Shown here in pieces: positions 11,496 to 23,610 of a stretch of 56,333 nucleotides of DNA. Position 1 is the first letter of the stretch, and the number at the start of each line of letters is the position of its first letter. A model generated the notes under the pieces. The model was given only the letters and a program-made list of their open reading frames with translations, was not told where the DNA came from and searched no databases. The translations under genes and the position numbers were made by a program. The stretch comes from Vicugna vicugna. Its lineage: Eukaryota. Location: NCBI GenBank assembly GCA_013265495.1, contig MU058213.1:7518066-7574398 (forward strand), written 5' to 3'.

Positions 11496-12230
11496 CTAAA
11501 TGGCTTCTGGTAATAGTCTACCAAACCCACAGATACTAAAACAACTAGACAAAATAATTTTAAAAAATGATTTAAAGACAATGGGGTACAACCAAAAGCA
11601 AACAAAAACTGGAGGAGAGCCTTCGTCCTGAAAGATAGGGCCTCCCCCTGGTAAAATTTGTGAATTTGTGGATTTCTGCCTGAAAACACACCTAGTTAGT
11701 TTCTGGCTCTGTACACCTGAGCTGCCAGAGATAAGATCAGAGTTTGGAGAGGAACCAGAAAGTCAGGGGACCAATTCTGGAAGGGTGAGGACTGCAGAAG
11801 GACAAGTCACAACAGCTGTATATAAAATTTGCCCTACTTCTTGGCTGGCTGCTGAACTACATATGCATGAAGGACCCTGCAGGGGGCCCAGCGCAAGAGC
11901 AGCAACTGGAAGATTAAAGAACAGAAAAGAGACTTCAGCTGTGACTGACCACAGGGAAGACAGAGCTGGAGTTCTGAGTCCAGCCAAGTTCACTGGCTGC
12001 TAAAAGAAAAAATTCTCTTCAGAGGAATATAACAGAATCTAGAGTAGGCAACATCTGTGCCGGCCGTTATCTAACCAAAAGCCACCAGATATGCAAAGAA
12101 AGAGTAAAACTTACCCCATCTTCAAGAACAGAAAAGCAGTCTATAGAAGCCAACCCCAAGAATACTCAGAAAATGCGTTTAGCAGATAAGGACCTTAAAG
12201 AAGGTATGTTCAAGGAACTGAAAAAAGATA

Positions 12231-12248
12231 CACACACACACACACACA
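12231..12248. repeat. (CA)9 microsatellite
   Basis: Direct reading. Confidence 0.95.
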
Positions 12249-12488
12249 ATGAATAAATAGCTATAGAACCTCAGTGACAAACAGAAACTATAAAAGTGAA
12301 CCAAATGGAAATCCTAGAGTTGAAAAGAAAAAGAACTACAATGAAAAAAAAATTACTGCGTAAGCTTAACAGCAGATTAAAGATGGCAGGAAACACTTAC
12401 TGGATTTGAACATGGATCAATAGAAACTATGCAATCTTAAGCACAGAGAGAAAAGATTAGAGAAAAGTGAACAAAACCTCAGAGACTT

Positions 12489-12602
12489 GGGGGGGGGGCA
12501 GGTAGAGCTCAGTGGCAGAGTGTGAGCTTAGCACGTATGAGGTCCTGGGTTCAATCCCCAGCACCTCCATTAAAAAACAAACCTAATCCCCCCCCCTCAA
12601 AA
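12489..12602 (+). mobile_element. Camelid Vic-1-type tRNA-derived SINE
   Basis: G-run start, A-box-like agctcagtgg, B-box ggttcaatccc 12548-12558, then cagcacctccattaaaaaacaaacctaat and a C-rich tail, as in the recalled Vic-1 consensus. Confidence 0.85.
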
Positions 12603-13269
12603 GCCTTGGAGACCATCAAAGAGTGAAATTGAACATACATGAACATAACATACATGAAATTGAAGCTCCGGAAGGACAAGAGAGACACAATGGGCAGAAG
12701 TAAATTTTAGTAAGAATGGCTGAAAACTTCCCAAGTGTGGTTAAAGACATCAACTTATAGAATGCAAAAAGCTCAACACATCCCAAGCAGAACAACCACA
12801 AAGAAACCACACCTACACACACCATAGTCAGTTTTTTGATATCCAAAGAGAAAGAGAAAATCTTGAAAGCAGCCAGAGAAAAACACATCTTACATACAAG
12901 AGAAACAATAATATAAATGACAGCCAACTTCTCTCGAAAGACAACAAAGGCCAGACGATGATGGAATGACATCTTCAAATTACAGAAAGAAAAAAAAAAT
13001 CATCAACTCAGAATTCTATATTCAAGAATAAAGGTAAAGTAAAATCATTTCCCAAGAAACTAAAACATCACCAGGAGACCAGCACAGTTAACACATTAAC
13101 GTACCCAATTATTAATTTTTTCAGTGTTAAGCAAATTTATGGCACAAAATCATACTGTACACCCTATGCTAAAGGACACGTAATCTCTAAAGAGAACCTA
13201 TGAATCCCGCTTTCTCCTGTCCCACTAACCCCCTCCCCACAAAAAGAGAGAAAAGAAAACTTGGTTTTA

Positions 13270-13385
13270 TTACCCAGCTGTGTGACTTCAGGCAAAAAGC
13301 TAACTTATCTGTGCATTTGTCTCTCCATTTATAAAATGCAAAGATGGACTGAATAAATCTCAGAAGTTCCTTTTGGCCGGAACTA
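13270..13385 (+). mobile_element. MIR (MIR3-like)
   Basis: cagctgtgtgacttcaggcaa...catttataaaatg...gatggactgaata. Confidence 0.65.
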
Positions 13386-16223
13386 CACTGGAGCAGTATG
13401 TTAGTAATAGCCTCCACTTAATTTTTACTGTTGTTATTTGTATTTCTATAATTATGGCTAAGGTAACTGAGTCTTATTTTTAATGATCAGATAAACTCAA
13501 AAGTTACCTAAGAACGAATGAGCCTTCTCGGAAGCTTCTTAGAACACACTAAACCCATCCGTGCCTCACAATTCAAAGACAACCCCAAACATACCCGTCA
13601 CACAGGTCATCCAGCGAGGGGAGTCACAGGGCATAAGTGTGCAAACTGTAAAGCCTGGAACAGATAAAGGGAAGGTAGTTTGATCGCCCCAGCTGGCAGA
13701 CTCCCTTTCACATCTGCAGTACAGGGCCGCCGGATGCTGGCCATCTTCAGCACTGAGGAACTACATTAAACCACATCAGAATGTGCTTAGCCAGGCGCGA
13801 AAGTTCACTGCACAAGTTCTGCCTGTATGAGACGCAGGGAGTAGTGAGGCCCCAAGGACTAGGGACAGTTAATTAAATATTCAGTGTGTCCATGTTGCAC
13901 TGGGGGGAGAATCAGTGGACATTCAAAGAGCTTTCTGGGGATTTGCCACAGAGATGGACTGAAGCCAGGCTAGACTCCAAGGCTCACTGGCCACCACGTT
14001 CTGGGAGGTTGCCCCCTGGGGTGGCCGTCCTCAGTCATGATGCTCTGTGACATTTGAGCTGGGGAGCCGTTCCCTCCTGCCTCAGTGCCTCTGACACTCT
14101 GCTGGATTAAGCCAGCCCTGGGAGCTTCTCCACTAAGTGTCCTCTAGAGCGGGCTCTTCGAGGACCTGGGTCCCAGCTGCCTCTCTCAGGCGGCAGGGGA
14201 GAGGACAAATAATACTGTCCCTTTACCTGCAGCAGCTTTATGACTCTGCTGAGCACAGTGTGCTCAATTGTCTCTTTTCTCCCCAAGAAAACCGTCACTG
14301 TGAATAACACGCTGTTTGGAAGCAGGTCTACTTAAAATGTCATGTTAATATAATTATTTACAAATACTGACATCAGTGAAATCAAGGTCTGACTAAAACG
14401 GAAAATTTCAAGGCCTAACACTGTGGCTTTAATGCTGAATACTTTTCTGCTTGTTTCACAGCATTCTTGATAAGCCTTTTCTCCCTCCTACACATACATC
14501 CCAGGTTAAATTTTCCTTTTCTAATTTGTTCCAACTTCCCGACTTGCAGCACATAACACAGCAGACACATCATTTGTGTTTTTGAATGGATCTCAGACAG
14601 ATTCGAATGTTGCCACCTCAGGCCCATTCCACCTGCTTTTATGCTGTCCTTTTGGGAAACCACAACAACACAAAAGCCCGAGGGGAAAATTCTGGGTACA
14701 TAACCAGTGAGCCGAAGCCTGCTTTCCAGCATCCAAATCTCTACTGATGTCAGAGGCAACTGAGTCACTGCCGTCCCTGTGAGTTGCCCGTGGGTTTCTG
14801 ACAGCAACATCCAATATATTTTCAAGATGACAACCAGAACTAAGCCACTGGCCACTGGCTGTTGAATCACAGCGCTTCACTTCTGACGGGGCAGAGCTGT
14901 CATTTAATTAGAGCCTGAGCAAAAAGCACCTGGCTTCCCTCCCTGTTTTCCTTTCAGACGGGTGCTTTGGCCCATCTGCCTAAATCCTTGAACTGACTGC
15001 TTGAAGCAAGTTAAATCTGGAATTCTGCCTTTCCACTGCCAGTCTTTCAACCAAGTACAAGTGGGAACTGCCAGGTGGTGAGACTGACTTCGGAGGGGCT
15101 GGTCTCAAACCAAACCCTGGACCTTAGTCTCTAAAACGTGATACCCTCTCCCACCGCTTGCCAACCACATCAAAGCCTCAAGAAGACAGCTGTAGCATCC
15201 GAACTGACAATCTATCACCATTGTGGCACACATATCCTTGGGTGATAGCAGCTGTCCACAATCCCCACCCACTGGGATGTCTTCTAGCTCAGGAATCGGG
15301 ACAAAGAATCCTTACCTCTAAAGAACTAATAAGCTGCACGTTGTGGCTGGTGGTGGGGACAGGCAGAGAGAGAATTCAAAATGGCGCCTCCAAGCCAGCG
15401 CTCACCGTGGGCTAGTCACCGTCTGCAGGCTGGCAGTAGCTGTCACTTCACTGCTACACTCACCACAAAACAACAGGTTTATTCGCCAGCCTCACACTAT
15501 CAGAGGAGACCTTCCTTATGCCACCCCCATCCTTTTCCTCTGGCCTCTCTCCATTATCTTGTAGGCTGCACAATCATGGAACATTATTTACAACTTATTA
15601 TAGTGGAAATTGCTTTGGGCAGTTACCTCAATAGCCCTGTGCCTTGGTTTCTTTGGCTTTAAAATGGGGATAGAACTATCTGATGTCTGCCCTAGATCCT
15701 GGGATGATGGTGAGTATCAAAATGTTTAACGCCGATGTAAATATTGTCAGCATCACTGCAATGTTTCTAACCTCCGCATCCTTAAAACAGGAAGTGTGTC
15801 ATGCCTCTGTGGTTCACGGCGGAGTGGAAAGAAGCCTGGAGTAGGAGGGAGCCAGGGTCTGGCTGCGATCTCATGCTGTGTGCTGGAACAAGGCTCCCCA
15901 GCTCTCGGGGCCTTTCAGCGTCACAGAGAGTGCAGCAGTCTAGCTCTGGCGGATGCACGACAATTCAAGCTGGAAGGGACTCCGTGAGATGGTGCAGGGA
16001 CACGAGGCTAGGCAGCTCTTGGCAGTTCTGATGCACCCTGCAATCCTAGGGCTGACCCTTCAGACTTCCCTAAAGACAGGAGCTGGATTCTAAACTTAGA
16101 GACGTGATGAGGACTCAGTGGGAAAGGCTGGGCTGGGCGATGGCAGCGATTTGTCCTGTGCAAGTGTTTTCCACTGAAAATACTTAAACTGCTTTGAGAA
16201 ACAGATCCCCGCAAAAGAAAGCC

Positions 16224-16908
16224 AGGTACCATTTCATACCCACGAGGGCAGCAATTAAATAGAAAAAAGGAACAAAAAAATCAAGAGAAATTGGAGCCCT
16301 CCTACATTGCTGCTGGGAGTGTAAAATGGGCAGCCACTTTGGCAGTTCCTCAAAAGGTTAAACACAGAATTATTCTATAACCCAGCAGGTCCCAGCCGAG
16401 GAATATACCTTAAAGAACTGAAAGCAGGTGTTCAAACAAAAACTTGTATATAGATCTTCATAGCAAGCCTATTCACACTTGGCAAAGGTGGAAACAACCT
16501 TAACTGTCTATCAACTAATGTATGAATAAACAAAATTTGGTACATCCACACAATGGAATATTATTCAGCCATGAAAAAGGAATGAAGGCCCGATATAAGA
16601 TGTACAAAGGATGGACCTTGAAAACATCACGCAAAGTGAAAGAAGCCAGACACAGAAGGCCACATAATGGATGACTCTATTTACATGAAGATCCCAGAGA
16701 GGTAAATATGTAGACACAGAAAGCAGACTAGTAGTTGCCAGGGGCTGGTGACGGGGGATGACTGTTTAATGGGAAGGGGGATCCTTTTGGGGTGATGAAA
16801 ATGTTCTGGAACTAGATAGTGGTGATGGTTGCACAATTTGTGAATACGCTAAATGGTGCAGTTAAATATGGCTAATGTGGTAAACCTCATGTGTCGTATA
16901 CCATAATA
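16224..16908 (+). mobile_element. L1 (L1MB-like) ORF2 end and 3'UTR
   Basis: tacattgctgctgggagtgtaaaatgg; ggtacatccacacaatggaatattattcagcc; gatgaaaatgttctggaactagatagtggtgatggttgcacaa. Confidence 0.9.
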
Positions 16909-18194
16909 GATTAAGAGGAAAGCAAGCCAGACAAAGGTGGCGTTGAGGTGGGAGGAACAGAGCGCCCTACTGCCCCAGTAAAGGGAGAACCTTCCAAAAC
17001 CATCTCTGCTGCACCATGCGCACCCTTCCAAAGGCCTGGGCTGTGGGCTTAATTGAGAAATTATTCCTCATAAGTCCCAAGGAGCTACAGGTCTTTTCCT
17101 TCCAAACGGGAAACGATCATATCTCCTGGCAGCTCATTACGCATTCTTCTGCTACCAGGAGTTGTTTTAAAACCGTGAAATTAGTTCTGGCAGAGTTTAC
17201 AGAAAAACACCCATGAGATGAGACTGAATGAGTTATGTAAGACTCCTTGTACTCCGCGTACGAGATGTTAACTCCTTATTGGCATAGCCAAGGACACGAG
17301 GTGTCATTTATAAAGTAATAGCACGTTGTGACTTCCGCCCAGACCCGCACGTGGCTGATGGGAAGAGGCAGTCGTCTGGACATAGATCTGGACGGGCCCA
17401 TCAAGCCATGGCCAAGTCCAGCTGGACCCTCCCTCTCCACGTGAGGCCAGGGAAGCTCCCCGACAGGTGAAGGGACTGGCCTGTGCAAACTGGCTCCATT
17501 ACAAGTTCCACTCTTTTTCCAGGAGTTACGATGACACTTGGGTGTCACATATTGAAGCCTTGAAAATCAACCAGGTACCCAAGATAATAGGACCATCGCT
17601 GCTCTAGAGCCTTGTCACAGACCAGGCACCGCTCAGCTAGGAGAGGACTGTGTTGATGGATGGAGCTTGAATTCTGGCATGAAGGGGACACATATTATCA
17701 AAGTTTTCACCTGGCAACAGTCACCAAGCCAAGGATGGTGTCTGAAAAAAGAAAGCCACACAAACCCTTGTTGGATGCATGAGCCCCAGACAAGTTGCTA
17801 AGCTCATGAGCTCTCTCTTCCTGCTTTTTCTCCCAAAGACTCGTGCACACACACATTTCACCTAGAGCATACCTACAAAACATAAATTTAAACATACATG
17901 GAGGATTTTACCAATAAAGGGCCACACTTCATAATATCGTTGATTAAGAAAATGGCGAAGAAAGAGAAAACAAGCCCCCCCCCCAAAAAATGCCTGCTCC
18001 AGGTAAGCCTCAAAGGTCAAGTACTCAAATCTGGACAAGCTCTTAGGACTCTACCCACAGGGAAGGCACCCTGACCGCAGCGATCCGGGACTCTCGCCCA
18101 CCAAGGGAGGAGGCTCCAAAGGGACTTAGAGCAAGCAGATGTCATCAGAAATCGACTAGCCTGGAGTCAGCAAACCTTACCCTCCCTTACAGGC

Positions 18195-18350
18195 AGCACG
18201 GCAGAGTACAGGCTTAGGAGTCACACAGACCCAAGTCTGAAGGCCAGACTTTGCCACTATTTGCTGTGCAATCTTGGGTAAGTTACTGCCCCTCTCTGAT
18301 CGCTAGTTTCTTTCTCAAAGGAATGCTATATCCCCACTTTAGAGTGAGGA
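18195..18350 (+). mobile_element. MIR
   Basis: ggagtcacacagaccc...tgccactatttgctgtgcaatcttgggtaagttac. Confidence 0.7.
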
Positions 18351-19349
18351 AAGGTGTATCCACCTTTCAGGGTTACTGGGTTCAGGATGCTGGGACCTCG
18401 GGCCTTCACCCTTTTTTACCCATCGCAGGAGCCCTGCCCAGACCTTCTCCCTCTCTCTTCAAAACCTACTTTCAGCTAATTATTCTTCTATGAATCATCT
18501 GATTAAACGAGTTTATCCTAACGTGTTAATGCTTGATGCTAGCAAAGCAAAGTTTTCAGGGGTATCACTTACCAAGGGGCACTGCCACCAACCAAAGGAA
18601 TAACCTCTAATGGTGACATTTCAGCCAAGGTGTGTCCTCTCAGTCACACCTGTGAGCAGTCGCTTCTGTGCGGCTAGGCTGAACCGTGACCTTAAGGAGG
18701 CTGGGCACTGACAGGGTGCAAGCACTGTGTGCTGACAATACCTGCTGTGCCCGGTCCTTGAGTGAGAATGAGATCGGTATCCATTCAAAACATTAGAGCC
18801 CCTCTTCAGACCGGTTCGTAGTTACTTTATCTACACTCTGCACTGGTCCAAGAACACTGGGGAGGGGGAAGCTGAGTCACTAAGGGAAACAGGGTCTCAG
18901 GCTAAGAAGGTCCCACCACCAAAGCTGACCACGATGCGCTCATGCCACAACGCACTGAGAGGTAACACTCCTTTCCTTTCCGTTTCCTCATTTTCCTCTG
19001 CTTTCGGAGGCTCTTTTAAACACCCACGTGCTGGAGACCGCTCCCCAAGAGAGGCAGATAAGGACCGAGGGGCCCAGGGAGAGACAGATGGCTGAAGCAC
19101 TTTAGAATTTATCAAGATGTGTCTAAGGAATGTCTCGGTCTTTTTGTCTCTGTCTAGTTCTGTCTCTGTCTCTCAGTGTCTCTCTTTCTGGCGTTCTCAT
19201 TGAAACGATAACAAAAATATTGTGAGGATCAAGTGGAAAGAACTGTCTCTATCTCATCTCCCCACCGACGGGGTTTCTGATGTCTTACAGGGACAGGAGT
19301 CCTGTCTGCTTTGTGCACTAGTGTGTCTCCAACACCCGGCCCAGGGCCT

Positions 19350-19535
19350 GCACCAATCCTGCCTATTTCCTTTCAACCTTGCATACAAGACATTTACACT
19401 GGTGGCCTAACATCGATTAAAACGGGAGTGTTTACACCAGAGAAACTGGCAGACACTGAAAATCAGGTTTTCTTTTTTGTTTTTTGTTTTTTTTTCCTGG
19501 TGAGCCAATTAGTAAACATTTCTCAGCAAACCCCG
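19350..19535 (+). mobile_element. MER63-like hAT-Blackjack MITE
   Basis: gggagtgtttacaccagagaaactggcagacactgaaaatcagg(T-rich)...gagccaattagtaaacatttctcagcaaacc resembles recalled MER63 consensus. Confidence 0.65.
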
Positions 19536-20029
19536 ATAACGGGTATTCCATAAATACCTGTTAAATAAACGAAGGAGGAAGGACAAGCTGTCCCACTGAA
19601 CTCGCTATCTCCAACACCTCTCTGGCCCTATTCACAGCAGATCCTCTGTAAGTTCTTCTCAACAACAGGAAGACAAGCCTTAGGATTTAGTGATGAAGCA
19701 AAGAAAGAAATGCCAGGAAGGCTAATTTAAAACCAAGTTTCTCTTTAGTGTCTCTGACTCAGCTCTGGTGGAAAGTTATCAACCTTATAAACCCACAAGG
19801 AAGAGGTGAAGATTTCACATCGTTTCTCATTTCTTTTGATGTTAAAAAGAGAATCGTTTTAAGTGCTGGGCCAGGGCTGTGAGAGGAAGGATGCCAGGCT
19901 CACAGAGAGCTGTCACATCCAGCAACCTCCTCCTTGTGACCTCAGGGAGCGAGTGACTCTCTCTGAGTACAGGTTTCCTTGCTATTAACTAGTAAACAGT
20001 ACGTCCTCTGCCTCATTTACACAGTAACC

Positions 20030-20358
20030 CCCCGATGAGCTCCTATTCATCCTCCAGAATCCAGTTCTTATGCCCCTGTTCCTTCTGCTTTTACTGGGCC
20101 ACCCCACCTCCTTCAGAAGAAGAGGGCTTATTCTTTGGCGTGTGGGTCCTTCACATCACTCCTGTCTCGATTCCAGCTTTTACTGTGTGGGGCTGCATAT
20201 AACTGCTTACAGATCCGGTCCCCCCCCCCCCCCCCCGCTCCTGTCACTCTGTGACCTCCTCAAGGGCCCAGGGCCACAGTGGGGCTGCACTGCCAGTACT
20301 CTCTTCACAGTGCTCAGCACACAGGAGTTGATCGCTGCTTGTTTACTAAAGTGAACCA
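20030..20358 (+). mobile_element. L2 3' remnant containing an expanded poly-C run
   Basis: ctcctattcatcctccagaatccag; ctctgtgacctcctcaaggg; cacagtgctcagcacacaggag. Confidence 0.7.
20220..20236. repeat. (C)17 homopolymer
   Basis: Direct reading. Confidence 0.95.
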
Positions 20359-21469
20359 CTGAAAAATGAGAAGCGAAGGGCTTTTTAAAGCTATGGACAT
20401 AAAATATAAAATATAAAGAGTTCTTATCAAGGACAGATCACGCAGAAGCGTGACACACTACTGCCAACCCTCAGGAGCAGACTTTTCCTGCACGGACCCA
20501 TTTAATCCCATAGCTGCTGGATCTAGTTCGTGAACACCTGGAGGACCTGGGTGGAAAGGATCAATTAGAAACTACAGGAGCGTTCTTCCCAATAGTGGCC
20601 TCCTCCTCCTCCCAGGGTGTTCCAGCTGCTTTATTCCAGAATTCTGAACCCTCCCTGCCCACAGGGCTCCGAGGTAAGAATATTATATAAGGAATGAAGG
20701 CTGCCTTCATTTGTTTTAATAAAAGAAACAGCCCATTTAAAGGAACACAGACGTTAGTGGCTCAGATATTTCAGAAAGTGAATGTGACCCAGAGGCTCAG
20801 GAATACAGAACGGCTGTCTTGAGAATGGCCATTTTTTCCTATTTAAAACATTCTGGAAAATTGCTCCGTGTCCCCGCGCCAAAATGAAAAAATGAGAAAC
20901 ATAAGGGCTATTTGGAATGTCTCTTCATTTTACAGATGACTTTAATGCATAATGCTATAAAGACATGGAGTTCTCTGGCCTCAAATGCCCCGATGCAGCC
21001 GCCCAAAGCCTGGGAGAGGCAGCTCACCACAGCGTGGGCTTTGTGAGCAGACCCTTGCAAAGAAAACTCACCATCTCAGATTGAGTTGCACAGCCGTCCA
21101 GGGGCTTTTTAGATTTTAGGCATTTCCTCATAAAATACAGGCCGGCTGGTGTGGGGTAATTAATTCCTTAAGTATCTTAGAGACTGAAACGATGGGTGAC
21201 GGTGGTGTATTGCAATGTACAAAGGCTGTCTGCGTGTGTGCTTCTCCCCTTTCATTATACACGGCGACCATGTTCAGGGAATGAATTACTGCTGGTATGG
21301 ATATGGAAAATGAAGGCTGACAGAGGTACCGTGGTTGGCTTCAGCTGTAATGGCTGGGCAACCTTGCAGCAGAACCCAGAGCTCTTGTATGATGGCTGGT
21401 AGGAGTCGGGCAGGGTGGGGAGGGGATCAGGAGGGGCCCCACTGGAAGTACAGAGGATGTGAAGGAACA

Positions 21470-21620
21470 CCAGGGCTGGAGTCAGGTCCAGCTGTATGTG
21501 CACCTGGGCCCTCCCAACGAGGTCTCCTGATCATGGGCAAACTATGACCTCTCTGGCCACAGCTTCCTTACCTGGAAACGTGAATAACAGTTCCCAGCTC
21601 AAAGGCTGTTCTGAGGATCA
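21470..21620 (+). mobile_element. MIR remnant
   Basis: ctggagtcag...atgggcaaactatgacctctctggccacagcttccttacctggaaa. Confidence 0.65.
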
Positions 21621-21905
21621 CGGCTCGGGGTGGGGTATGGAGGCAGAGGTGGGAAGATAAAGTAGATGGTAGTTATTAAAAAATGGTAGCCATTAGTATT
21701 TATCATTATTTCTAGCTTTACCGAGGGCTCTTGGCCCCGTTAAAAAGGGGCCCATTTCATTTGTTCTTTGTGACTCTGCCTCGTGGAAATCCTAAATATT
21801 TCATGAGGCCCGTCTCTCTTTTACCCCTTTAGGGGCTTAGCGAATGACAAATAGCCCAAGAGCAGAAGGAAAAGCCATGCCAGTCCAGGTATAGCGTGTG
21901 CCTGC

Positions 21906-21910
<5 letters not shown>

Positions 21911-21942
<32 letters not shown>
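21911..21942. repeat. (TG)16 microsatellite, preceded by tgcgtgcg
   Basis: Direct reading. Confidence 0.95.
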
Positions 21943-21943
<1 letters not shown>

Positions 21944-23394
21944 TGAGGGGTGAGCCTGGTAGACTAGCTCTCTTGCTCTTCTTAACTTTTGAAATGATAT
22001 TCACCTGTTGTTGACAAACTGTCTTTGTCTTTTTCGGGTATTTCTGTGTCTACAGAGATGAAAATCTTAGCCCAGATTCAATAAGGCAGGAAATCAATTA
22101 AGGTTTTCATTCTCTGCTTGGCCTCAAAAGACAAGGCAATGAGAGAAGGCCTCAGTAAAGAAAATGTGCAGAGATTCCTGGGGGCTTCATTTAGGGTTCT
22201 ATGTTCTGGAAAAAAAATAATAAAACAAGAACAAAAAGCCTTACATGTTCTATTTAAGACATACATGCTTTTTTTTTTCTTGCTGAAAAAAAGTTTTTAC
22301 AGAGCCCCTCCACTCCATTTTGATTAATATGGACAACTCTGACAGAGGAAAGATACCTCAATTTTTAAAAGACAGCCCCTCCACCCAACAGCTTGATTTT
22401 TAAATGGCTCCATTTAAATATTTCTTTCTCTGTTCATTTCCAAACCTGGGCCATAAATCAGCCTTATGAACACAATGGCCCATGTCTACAGCAATTCATC
22501 ATTTGGATAACGTCACCTATTCAGGTGCGCATTCATTTATGCCTCAGATTAGAACTCCGGTTGGCCGAAGTCTTCCCTCTCATCTGTACAACCTGAGCGG
22601 CAGCCCCTGAGGACCCGCTGTGCACGGCTCAGGGCAGGCAGGAACCGCGGCGCCTCTTCACTCTCAGGGGAGGAGGAAGAAGCCGATGGAAAGTTGGAGC
22701 CCAGCAGTGGTCTTCTCTGGTTCACTTACTCCAGCCTCCTCACGTCCTTCGTCCAAGGAAGGAAGCTATTGTGAAATGTTCAACAATTCCTTTCCAAAGA
22801 GGAGAGACACGCATACAACATGTGTGTCAGGTTTTTTTTTTTTTTTTAATATTTGCTCTAAGAGAAGAGAAGGAATTGAAAAGGAATGAGATGGAGGGGC
22901 TTGGAGCCCATTAGGCAGCACCACATCTCAGGCGGGAAAGGATGCCGGAGGGGGCGCTGGAATATGGGCGTCCTAGTTTTGCTACGAATTATGTGTCACG
23001 TTGGTCAGGTCTTATCTTTCTGGGCCTCAGTATCCCTTGCAGTAAAATAGAAGATCACCAAGGACTCCTTCACTGGCATTCTACGACTCTCACTCAAGAG
23101 GAAGGAAGTTGTTTGTCACTATGGCCAGCAGTTTCTTACCACCTACCACCCCCACGATGCAACTGTTTCCTCCCGTTCCCTAAAATAGATGGGGTCAGGA
23201 TAACTACACGTTTCTGACCCATAATACGGAGAACTGGTTTTTATACATCTGGGTGGAGAAACCTGTATTTGATCTTCTTTCCTCTCTCCACTTCATTTTC
23301 TCTCTTATTTTTTTCCCCTTCCTCTCTCTGTGTTTCACTACATCTTTCCACGTATCTCAGGAACAGACAAAACACTATCAGGAGCTGGCATTAA

Positions 23395-23610
23395 TATTAA
23401 CAAACATTCAAGGCGGGTTTGCTCTGTGTTAGGTCTTACATCATAATTTTTGAATAAAACGATCTCATGTCATGCTTCAAAGAGCCCAGGGATGTCCTGG
23501 CGTCACTCCTCTCCATCAAGGCACAGAGAGGTGACTTGCCCAACATCACACAGGGCATAGCAGAATCTGAATCTGACCCCAGAGCCACCTGAACTCCCCC
23601 AAAGTGCTGT
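23395..23610 (-). mobile_element. MIR
   Basis: aaggcacagagaggtgacttgcccaacatcacacag...cagaatctgaatctgaccccagagcc. Confidence 0.75.

Larger units (their letters stand above)
11500..13090 (+). mobile_element. Old L1 5' portion with degenerate ORF1, interrupted by a (CA)9 repeat and a SINE
   Basis: A-rich. ~12806-12900 translates TTPTHTIVSFLISKEKEKILKAAREKH, matching the L1 ORF1p motif TPRHIIVK..KEKILKAAREK. No intact frame. Confidence 0.85.

Noticed and set aside
12499..12570. tRNA-Ala-like sequence
   Set aside because: It is the head of the SINE: degenerate, and followed by the SINE tail rather than a Pol III terminator
12616..12978. 120-aa hydrophobic ORF
   Set aside because: Antisense reading of the A-rich L1 ORF1 remnant
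14415..14870. 151-aa minus ORF
   Set aside because: Non-ATG start, no recognisable homology or exon boundaries
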